Shown one piece after another: positions 28,015 to 35,820 of a stretch of 64,000 nt of DNA (its first letter is position 1; each line of letters starts with the position of its first letter). The stretch comes from a virus, in the IMG/VR virus record IMGVR_UViG_3300024261_000009, positions 1-64,000 of that record. The stretch is one strand, 5' to 3'. A model generated the notes under the pieces. The model was given only the letters and a program-made list of their open reading frames with translations. It searched no databases and was not told the DNA's origin. The position numbers were made by a program, and so were the translations under genes.

Positions 28015-29508
28015 TTACTGATTAACAGCCCTCTCAAAGAGGTTCTCTTGAGAGGACAGTATCTCGGCGGATCTCCGGCATCCGTCAACCTCTACGTTTG
28101 TTGCCAGGAACAGTGCTATACTCTCAGAAGTTTCGGGGTCTCTTTCTAGTACCGATTCGAGAAACCCGTCTTCCAACGCTTTTCTTATGTGCCTGAGTTT
28201 CAGACCGGAGTCTGAGGTGTTTGTGACGTTGTGTACCCAGGCAGACTCCTTATCACGACCCCTTTGTTCGTCTAGAAAGTCCTTCACGACCCGCAGCCCC
28301 TCTCTAATCCTGGGGGATGTTGTTACGCTACACAGTTTAGATATCACGGAGTCTAGCTTAGATAGGTTAGGCCCCCCTAGACTTTCTAGTATACGCAAGT
28401 TGGTCTCCCTGGAAGTTCCCGCCTTAAAAAGGTCTCCCATATCCAGTACTCCCGCCTGGCGAAAACACGCCTCCAGTTGCTCCGTGTTGTCTTTACCGGG
28501 TATTAACATTGATATTGCAAGCGCTGTGAAGGCAACATCAAATTGAGTCAGCTCTATGTACCTCTGTAGAGATAAGTTTCGGAAAGCCTCGACTTGCTTC
28601 CTCCCGTCCCTCATAACCTTCGTTCTATACCCTTTCCTGCCGGTAACAGAGGGGTCCCACTCTAGGGTGTCCGAGTACGTCTCGTTCTCTTTAAGAAGAA
28701 GATTCCAGTGGACATCATACTGCCACTGAGAAACTAATTCTAAGTATCTAGTAGCGACTTCTCTAACCTCCGGAAGTTCCGTAACCCTTTTGCCGTAGAG
28801 GGGGTCATTTGTGGTGGGTGAGATGTGTGCGAGGTCTATTAGGTATGACCCAACACGCGTGCTCCCTGACATAATATGCCAAAGCCGCTCGGAGAGAATT
28901 TCTTCGGAAGTGTTCTCGTTGGGGAACTCCACGCGGACTCTCAGGTGTGTGACGGATGTGGTAGCAACTCGAAGATCGTATATTGCTTTTAAACAAGCTC
29001 GAGCTACTTTTGAGGGGTCTAACGATTCCTTAGTCTCCTCTCGTACTGTACGCCTCCTCTCATTTTTTCCTGCGGATTTATTGACCGAACCCCAAAAGTT
29101 TACAACACTCTGGAGTTCGCTAGAGGCAGAACAATCCTCGGAGTCTAGAGAGTTAGTCCATGCTAGGGCCGGGAGAACAGTGTTCCTACCCGCTAGCAGG
29201 GAGCACCTGTGATCCCCTGTTAGAAGCAGCGCGGGTTTTGAATCTCCCCCCAGGAGTTTAGCCGCCTCGGATTTTGCCTTTCTAGAGGACATCCCAGGAG
29301 GCGCTACCGCCATTGCAAACCTTCTATCACGCCCGTTGTACCTGTCCAGCGGTGCCACAGTACCCAAGAGAACGGACACGCCTGGGTTTAGGTTCACCCA
29401 GATACTGTGTTCCCTGAGGTAGGCCACATTCTTAGTTTCGTCTACTACCCCGTTTTCCCAACGGAGTACCTTCTCAAGTTTTACCTCTTCAGGTATTACA
29501 ATTTTCAC
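28015..29508 (-). CDS. Hypothetical protein (RT operon, last gene)
   Basis: 497-aa ORF, 4-nt overlap with upstream gene; no motif recognised. Confidence 0.7.
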   Translation of the reverse strand: MKIVIPEEVKLEKVLRWENGVVDETKNVAYLREHSIWVNLNPGVSVLLGTVAPLDRYNGRDRRFAMAVAPPGMSSRKAKSEAAKLLGGDSKPALLLTGDHRCSLLAGRNTVLPALAWTNSLDSEDCSASSELQSVVNFWGSVNKSAGKNERRRTVREETKESLDPSKVARACLKAIYDLRVATTSVTHLRVRVEFPNENTSEEILSERLWHIMSGSTRVGSYLIDLAHISPTTNDPLYGKRVTELPEVREVATRYLELVSQWQYDVHWNLLLKENETYSDTLEWDPSVTGRKGYRTKVMRDGRKQVEAFRNLSLQRYIELTQFDVAFTALAISMLIPGKDNTEQLEACFRQAGVLDMGDLFKAGTSRETNLRILESLGGPNLSKLDSVISKLCSVTTSPRIREGLRVVKDFLDEQRGRDKESAWVHNVTNTSDSGLKLRHIRKALEDGFLESVLERDPETSESIALFLATNVEVDGCRRSAEILSSQENLFERAVNQ

Positions 29509-30836
29509 CAGTTTTTCTCCTCATCCCACGAGGTGGGTCTCCGTAACAACGACCAAAGATCCTGGTACTCTGGTACGTGAAGATCCGCTAAGCTTTTAAA
29601 CTCAAGCCCACGCCAGTTGGTAAGCCTAACCGACAGAGTCTTAGAACCGAGCACATCTATCGATGAAAAGTCTTCTTCCCAAGACCCGTAAAACATCTTA
29701 TTACGCGTGTATTTCCCACTACCTAGCACCCAAGCAAGAATAAGAGACTGCTCCTTAGTCAGGGGGATCTTGTCTCTTTTTAACCGGTGCTCTAGGTGAG
29801 GGTGCTCCTCAATGAATCTCTTTAGGGTGAAGGTCTGCTCTCTGTACGCCCCCCAAGAGCGTACAGTCTTCACCAGGTATTCTCCCTTGCGCTCACTGGG
29901 CGTAACTCGGACAACAGAGCCCTTGTGACCCCTAGGCCCGAGCGCAGAAAGGGTGGCGTCACATCCTATGAGCTGAATCGCGGCATGTATTCCTGGGTTC
30001 TTGTACGTGGGGATAACCTTCCATCGATTTAATACGGAAGCTTTCACAAAGGACTCCAATTCCTGCGGAGAAACCCCTCCTGAGCAACGCTGTCTCCGCC
30101 ACTTGCTGGAAGAATCCTCGCAGTAGCTACGGCCGTAAGAAGCCTCCGACAGAACACAGTTACGGCACTCGCGGTTCCCGAAAGCTCTGCTCTTGCCTGC
30201 GCTTACATTCCGGGCCTTCACTCTCGAGTAGGCTTTTTTTATCGACTGCTCCTTTAAGTCGATAAGCGTAATGCACGGGTACTCCTCACAGAACAGATCG
30301 TCAGTAGCTATAGACGACTTGACTAGGGTCATCCCGGCATGTTTTCCCAGAGAAGAGTCCCAGTCTTCAGTCCCCAAGTTGTTTCCGGTGACGCCCCAAG
30401 TGGTAGTATTAAGAAGCATTTCTGAGATGTCTAGTACTGACTTAGGGATGTTGTCTTGCAAACAGGTTTCCTGGACGTCGCAGGAAGTGCAGCCTTTGTC
30501 CGAAAACTTCAACATACTGGTACAGTTGTCCGTGAACTTTTTTAATTCGTATACATCTCCCATAGACACAACCGAGTAGAGTATCTCTGAGAGTTCCTTA
30601 ATAGACTCCTGTCGGGGCATAACGTCGGTCACTAAGCCGTTGTAGTATACCGCTAGTGGTTTCCCCAAGAAGATACTTAGTTTCTTGGCCGCTTCCACGG
30701 ACTTGTCTAGGGTCTCTCCTCCGTCAGCGTAAACTCCTGAAAGGGTAACCCTCTTTAAAGCGGGTCTGCCGTCCCAACCAACCCCGCTCCAGATGTGTAC
30801 CACTGAGGAAGCCTTAGTTATATTAAGAGTTGTCAT
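29505..30836 (-). CDS. Hypothetical Cys-rich protein coupled to the RT
   Basis: 443 aa; CTSCDVQETC and CRNC...YC...RC clusters; start overlaps RT stop by 14 nt. Confidence 0.7.
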   Translation of the reverse strand: MTTLNITKASSVVHIWSGVGWDGRPALKRVTLSGVYADGGETLDKSVEAAKKLSIFLGKPLAVYYNGLVTDVMPRQESIKELSEILYSVVSMGDVYELKKFTDNCTSMLKFSDKGCTSCDVQETCLQDNIPKSVLDISEMLLNTTTWGVTGNNLGTEDWDSSLGKHAGMTLVKSSIATDDLFCEEYPCITLIDLKEQSIKKAYSRVKARNVSAGKSRAFGNRECRNCVLSEASYGRSYCEDSSSKWRRQRCSGGVSPQELESFVKASVLNRWKVIPTYKNPGIHAAIQLIGCDATLSALGPRGHKGSVVRVTPSERKGEYLVKTVRSWGAYREQTFTLKRFIEEHPHLEHRLKRDKIPLTKEQSLILAWVLGSGKYTRNKMFYGSWEEDFSSIDVLGSKTLSVRLTNWRGLEFKSLADLHVPEYQDLWSLLRRPTSWDEEKNW

Positions 30837-31923
30837 ACTTGTCCTCCTCTTCCCAGAGTCGTGTTTTTCTAGTATCTTCCTTATCCAGAGCGCGCTTAAA
30901 ACTTGCCTGAAGGCACTCGTTCCTTGCCGGAGCTAGGACTTGACCAACGTAGCTAAGTTTGCCTCTTAGGTGGGATATTAGGGCTTCTGTGGTGGTTATC
31001 TTAAAGTTTACCTTTTCTCCGGCTCTCTTGACCTGAGACTCGAAACCGTACTTCTCGCAGTTATTAAGGATGGCCCGGAGGTCTTTGTACTTTTCACGCC
31101 TTATATTGGCGTGTTCGTTAACTACTAGACCTAGAACTTCCTGCCTCCGCCATTTAGGCGCTACACGAATCTTGTGTACCCGCCACCCGGTTTTTTTAAT
31201 AATACTGATTACCGATTCTTTAAAACGGTCAACTTCTGTCCTTGGAAGAACTTGTGGGTGGGTCAGGTAGATATTATCGGAGTACCGTATATACTCCCAC
31301 CCCAACGACCGCGCGATTCGTAGTACTTCCTGGTCAAAGAAAAGGTCAGCCACCCGATTCGCGACCGTAGGGGATATGGGCGTGCCCTGGGGCATAAACC
31401 GTCTTCCCCTGGAGTCGGTACAACAGCACAGTTGTGCCATAAGGCTGGAAACCTGTCGGTTGTAGCCTACTGTTGTAAACATCTTCCTTACCTGGCTCAG
31501 TTTTATGGACCCGAAGAAATTCTTTAGGTCCATAGTTAGCAGTATACCCGCCCCCGCACATTTCCGAGCGGCATCGGCGGTACGCCGCCCCTTCTCGTAC
31601 GCCGCCACGTGGTCCCCAACAGGGATTTTCTTCACAAAGTTCCTGTCTAAGGACCGCTGCACCGCTTTGAGTCTCTCGTCCGGAACATGAATGGGTCGCC
31701 TCTTACCCGCCCGCCCAGACTTTCCCCGTTTGGCCACGCTATGCTCTTCATACATAGAACCGCTATGCCCCGCAGGTACTTGGGATCCTCTAATTAGCCA
31801 CCACAGCGTTTTATTTCGTATCCCCAGATTTAGGGCTAGAGTGAAGTCATCTATCGCTGTGGGAAGGCCCTCGTTAGGTCTAGTTAGACCAATCTCTTCT
31901 ATAACAGTGCTTTTGTAAGCCAT
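30823..31923 (-). CDS. Retron-type reverse transcriptase with non-canonical YSDN motif
   Basis: RPIHVPDERLKAVQ, MDLKNFFGSI, MPQGTPISPTVAN, YIRYSDN (31273-31284 for YSDN), RQEVLGLVVN (VTG-like), LRAILNNC; GAGGAG SD. Confidence 0.9.
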   Translation of the reverse strand: MAYKSTVIEEIGLTRPNEGLPTAIDDFTLALNLGIRNKTLWWLIRGSQVPAGHSGSMYEEHSVAKRGKSGRAGKRRPIHVPDERLKAVQRSLDRNFVKKIPVGDHVAAYEKGRRTADAARKCAGAGILLTMDLKNFFGSIKLSQVRKMFTTVGYNRQVSSLMAQLCCCTDSRGRRFMPQGTPISPTVANRVADLFFDQEVLRIARSLGWEYIRYSDNIYLTHPQVLPRTEVDRFKESVISIIKKTGWRVHKIRVAPKWRRQEVLGLVVNEHANIRREKYKDLRAILNNCEKYGFESQVKRAGEKVNFKITTTEALISHLRGKLSYVGQVLAPARNECLQASFKRALDKEDTRKTRLWEEEDKYDNS

Positions 31924-31934
31924 TACTACTCTCC

Positions 31935-31949
31935 TCAGCGTATCGCTGA
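31935..31949. promoter_or_regulatory. Hairpin TCAGCG-TAT-CGCTGA overlapping the RT Shine-Dalgarno
   Basis: Perfect 6-bp stem filling the 27-nt gap before the RT; on the mRNA the 3' arm runs into GAGGAG. Confidence 0.65.
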
Positions 31950-31950
31950 A

Positions 31951-32733
31951 TTACGCCCCTGTGTGCCAACTAACAAGCCTCCCAGCTTCCTTGATGGTTT
32001 CCTCAGGGTACATTTGTGTAGGCGCGTTGAAGGACATCTCAGAGAGACATACGTCTCCCCCCAGCTGGCAGTCTCCGTGCATATGTTCTAATAATCTAGG
32101 ACAAGCCCTGCAGGGCGGAGTGATGATATCATCAAGTATCTTTAACTCTGCGCTGTCGGGTACTATGGGAGCGCCTTTAAGAATCGCTTTGTGGGGCCAA
32201 TCTATATCCCTCGCCCTGGAACCTCCGTTTTCTTTAGCACCTCCCCAGGTCCACTTCTCATTTGCTAGGTATGAGGGCCTAGAGTGGTTAGATCCCCCCT
32301 TGCTAGATAGGTTCAATATGGGGATAAGAAGTCTCCAGTCCTCAGCGGTCCCGTCGTCTAAGGCCTGGCATAAAGCCTGTATCTCTGGAGATCCGCCCTC
32401 CAAGTGTGGGAGTATTGACCTCCCCACCCCCGTGCGGGATCTTCCAGCCGAACCTCGTTTTTCTCGCCTTTTGTATTCGTTCTCGTTGGTAAGGATAATG
32501 AAACCGGGAAGCTTTTTGGACGGACCTCTTCGACCCGCCTCTCTTGATACGGTTTCGTCAATGTGGAGCTTCTCCAGAAGGCTTCTAACAACCCCCTTAA
32601 TAGGCAACACGAGGTTTATAGGGGTTAGGCTTTGAGCCCTGATTGTCGCCTCCTTGCGGAAAATATACACCCTGTCGAAGGGAAACTTTCGTCCGGCAGC
32701 ATACCGCTTTATCTTTAGGCATATTATACTCAT
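31951..32733 (-). CDS. Hypothetical basic protein with C-terminal Cys cluster, directly upstream of the RT
   Basis: 260 aa; PPCRACPRLLEHMHGDCQLGGDVC; 4-nt overlap with the VWA gene. Confidence 0.7.
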   Translation of the reverse strand: MSIICLKIKRYAAGRKFPFDRVYIFRKEATIRAQSLTPINLVLPIKGVVRSLLEKLHIDETVSREAGRRGPSKKLPGFIILTNENEYKRREKRGSAGRSRTGVGRSILPHLEGGSPEIQALCQALDDGTAEDWRLLIPILNLSSKGGSNHSRPSYLANEKWTWGGAKENGGSRARDIDWPHKAILKGAPIVPDSAELKILDDIITPPCRACPRLLEHMHGDCQLGGDVCLSEMSFNAPTQMYPEETIKEAGRLVSWHTGA

Positions 32734-34151
32734 GTGTTTATCCTAACGACCCTCCCGTAGGAGCAGTCTTCGTCTTTTCTCCGAGAGCTCCAAGCGGACC
32801 CTGGAACGGAACCCGAAGGAGTAACTACCCACACCACAGGGCACGGAGCTCTATTCTCTCTTCGGGGGAGAGGGCACTCACCGTCGGTTCCGTAAATTAT
32901 AATGTCGGGTTTTAAGTCTTTAGCTCTTACGAAGACTTCGTTAAAGTCGGTTCCTCCACGCCCACTAAGAAGTGTTTGAGGAGTAGACCCAGGCTTCAAA
33001 GTATATTCCTTATGTATTCTAGTGTCCGCCTCTATCACCGTGATACTCATACACTCAGAGGCTTTTTGAACCCCCTGTATCTCGCTAAGACAGAGAAGCA
33101 TTTCCTCAACGCTCATGCTAGCGCTGGTATCGATGGCAAACAGTACATCAAACTTAGGACTCGTTTTTGTCCCTGGATAAGGGGACGCTTTCCCTCCAGA
33201 CTCTAGGAGTCTCCTCTTAGGCCGGGACATGCTTCTAACAGTACGAGTTTTCTTAGAATTAGTTATTAGTCTTCTAAGTAGATGATTCCAGGGGATAGTC
33301 GGGGGTCTAAGAAGGTCTTCAACAAGCTCCTGCACGTTCCCACTTAGCTTACCCCTGCCTTTTGTTGCTGCCTGAGCATTCTTGACAGTTTTCTTTATTT
33401 TCCTTTCTGATCTATCCGCAGCACCCTCTATCTCCGTAGTGGTCATTTTGGATAGTTCGGATTCAAGATCCGCGTGTGCGTTCAGGGGCGCTCCCTCCTT
33501 GTGGTACTCCTCTAGGATATCTGCCAGTTGGTCGGGAGTTAGGGTCACTTTTTGAGGCGGCGGTCCTTCCCCACCCTCTCTGTCCTCCGGACTAACCACG
33601 ATGCAATCCCCGAGGTCGGTTGTAGAGGCTCCCTCGCTCTGGTTCATCTGAGGCAAGTTGTGAACATTTTCTATTAGTTTGGCCGCGTACCATTCGTAGG
33701 ACTTGCCAAGGGGCAGCCCTGCGTCGGAGGGCAGTATGCCAGGCAACTTCCCAGGTCCCTCCTGACGAAATTGCGCCTCGGTACACTCCCTAGTGCTAAT
33801 TAGGAGGGAGTTTACCGCGTAGTCAGCAGCCACATTGCTGACCTTCATCAGTAGTTTTTTCCGGTGTTCCGGAGCCCCTGCGTAGAGTCTCATGGCTCGG
33901 GGGATGTGGTTTAGGACAAGATGTAAAACCTCATGGGTTATGATAAGAACCAGAGTATCAAAGTTAAGTTCTCGTATCAGTTTGGGGTTGTACATGAGTA
34001 CGTTAGCCCCTTCTTTGATTGTCACCGCCATGGTGCCTACGTCTGGGTCCTCTAGTTTAACCAAGCTATTAATAACCGTGGGGTAGAAAGTGTGTGTCTT
34101 TCCCCTCCCTGTAAGTAAATAGGCTAGAATCTGATCTAGACTAGCTTTCAT
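32730..34151 (-). CDS. VWA domain protein with N-terminal HExxH putative metallopeptidase (DUF2201-like)
   Basis: THEVLHLVLNH; MIDAS-like AIDTSASMS; GRGGTDF; IYGTDG; AGGAGG SD. Confidence 0.85.
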   Translation of the reverse strand: MKASLDQILAYLLTGRGKTHTFYPTVINSLVKLEDPDVGTMAVTIKEGANVLMYNPKLIRELNFDTLVLIITHEVLHLVLNHIPRAMRLYAGAPEHRKKLLMKVSNVAADYAVNSLLISTRECTEAQFRQEGPGKLPGILPSDAGLPLGKSYEWYAAKLIENVHNLPQMNQSEGASTTDLGDCIVVSPEDREGGEGPPPQKVTLTPDQLADILEEYHKEGAPLNAHADLESELSKMTTTEIEGAADRSERKIKKTVKNAQAATKGRGKLSGNVQELVEDLLRPPTIPWNHLLRRLITNSKKTRTVRSMSRPKRRLLESGGKASPYPGTKTSPKFDVLFAIDTSASMSVEEMLLCLSEIQGVQKASECMSITVIEADTRIHKEYTLKPGSTPQTLLSGRGGTDFNEVFVRAKDLKPDIIIYGTDGECPLPRRENRAPCPVVWVVTPSGSVPGSAWSSRRKDEDCSYGRVVRINT

Positions 34152-34199
34152 AAGTAATACCTCCTAGTATTAGCTCGACTGTTGGAAAGGCGAGCCGTG

Positions 34200-35174
34200 A
34201 TGATTGACCAGAATACTGATCCTACTTTTGACCTCTTTAAGAAGATTGTAGAAGAACGTCCTTCTTTGGGAGAACGAGTTAAAACTGCGCAAGTTGGTAG
34301 CGAGGTTAGAAACAGCCTTCCGGATTCTTCTTTTGCGAATCCTTCGGATAGGATCTTTCCCATACATACGCCTGAGGATGCCTTACTATCCATGGCGTAC
34401 GCTACAAAACAGGCGGGTGTCTCTTCTGAGACTTTGAACAAGATAGAAACCGCGATGGATCTCTACGGAGTAGAACTACCCGACCCCGTTGAAGTAAAGC
34501 AGGCTTCCTCTAACGTCAGGTATTTAGTACCAAACCAGAAGTTGTTCCCTATAAAGACTGCCGCGGATATTTCTGGGGCGGAGATAGCTCTCCACAGGAA
34601 CTCAAAAAAGCTTTCGCCAGATAGTATGGCGGTTGCGTCCGTTACGCTTATAAAGCAGGCGGCTTCCTACGGAATGAATGTCTCCAGGAAAACTCTTCAG
34701 GCCGCGGGTTTGATGCAGTGTGACCGGGATAAAGCTGCTGAGTGGATCGAGGCCCGTGCCATGGCTTCGGACACTAGTTCAGAGGCCTACCTCAAGTTAG
34801 CATCTGTGGTCCGGGGCTGCCCGGAAGACTCAACCCGAGAGGACTTGACAAAGATAGCAGGGGCTCTACAAGAGCTTGATTATAACGCAGGACTCACGAG
34901 ACACTATGGTAAGACCCTTCCCAGTCCGCAAGATACAGTCTTCAACTCCAAGGTGGCGATGGGGTCTTCCCTTGAGCTAGCAGGAGTCCCCATCCCCGTG
35001 AATAAGTTACTAGATATCTCCCCGGACATGTACGGAGACATTTTGGGAGAAGATATCGTTTCAGAGATATCTTCTGATGGGGAAGTTGATTTAGAAAACC
35101 TTCTAGCCATACTTCCAACCCTACCTTCAGACCTACAGGAACTCCTAGTCGGTAAACTAGGCCTAGATGGTTAG
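34200..35174 (+). CDS. Hypothetical protein with recurrent K-x-A motifs, putative head-associated
   Basis: ATG 34200 (track start 34182); VKTAQ, TKQAG, VKQAS, IKTAA, IKQAA, LKLAS. Confidence 0.6.
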   Translation: MIDQNTDPTFDLFKKIVEERPSLGERVKTAQVGSEVRNSLPDSSFANPSDRIFPIHTPEDALLSMAYATKQAGVSSETLNKIETAMDLYGVELPDPVEVKQASSNVRYLVPNQKLFPIKTAADISGAEIALHRNSKKLSPDSMAVASVTLIKQAASYGMNVSRKTLQAAGLMQCDRDKAAEWIEARAMASDTSSEAYLKLASVVRGCPEDSTREDLTKIAGALQELDYNAGLTRHYGKTLPSPQDTVFNSKVAMGSSLELAGVPIPVNKLLDISPDMYGDILGEDIVSEISSDGEVDLENLLAILPTLPSDLQELLVGKLGLDG

Positions 35175-35820
35175 TTTAGACGCTAAGAGACTCCTCACGT
35201 CTACAGATGCTCACGGATTAACTTTAATGGTTGCCTGCGACGTCCTCACGTCTGGAGCTTGCTTTGCTTGGGAGACCGACACCTTGCTTACTTACCTGGA
35301 GTCGGAGAATTGTTTGCCTGATGAAGATAGTAGGGATCGACTGCTAGCAATGCTCGCGATAAGACTAAACCCAGCTCATCTATGGGACGGGTTTGTATTT
35401 TCTAATGTTGCCACGGCTCTTGCGGGCACTGCGTGTTTTCCAGAAATAATGGAGGAGTGCTCTGTTGCTGAGCTGTGCTGGGCCGTAACGGAGCTCCGAG
35501 AAATGTCAAATCAGTATACCCTATCCCACCCCGAGTACGGAGACGAGCCCGCAGTATACGCCGCAGCCGTGTGCTCAAAGAACAGCTTGGTGGTAATACC
35601 CCCCGAGCTTTCCTTCTGCGAACAATCTCTGGGGAGCATGCCCTCGGTGGAGGACCCCGCTTCCCTTAGAGAGAAGGTTATCCAGAAGTTATCCCAGGAT
35701 ATAGAGGTAGATGAGGAGTGTCCAGCTTGCACCCAGGCGATGGTCTTAAGAGAAGCTGGACACTATGTAGAGGTCAATAGGAGTAAGTTACTCTCGGACC
35801 TGGCTTTATTACGCGCGTAG
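35167..35820 (+). CDS. Hypothetical acidic protein
   Basis: 217-aa ORF, overlaps upstream gene by 8 nt and the DinG stop convergently. Confidence 0.65.
   Translation: MVSLDAKRLLTSTDAHGLTLMVACDVLTSGACFAWETDTLLTYLESENCLPDEDSRDRLLAMLAIRLNPAHLWDGFVFSNVATALAGTACFPEIMEECSVAELCWAVTELREMSNQYTLSHPEYGDEPAVYAAAVCSKNSLVVIPPELSFCEQSLGSMPSVEDPASLREKVIQKLSQDIEVDEECPACTQAMVLREAGHYVEVNRSKLLSDLALLRA

Noticed and set aside
30823-31923. RT as a group II intron or DGR enzyme
   Set aside because: No maturase/endonuclease extension, no flanking intron RNA, no SQ motif or avd-like small gene; PQG and the VLGLVVN thumb motif are retron-like
34148-34441. 97-aa minus-strand ORF with an ATGA overlap onto the VWA gene
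   Set aside because: TTG start, antisense to a convincing plus-strand gene, and the VWA gene has its own AGGAGG SD
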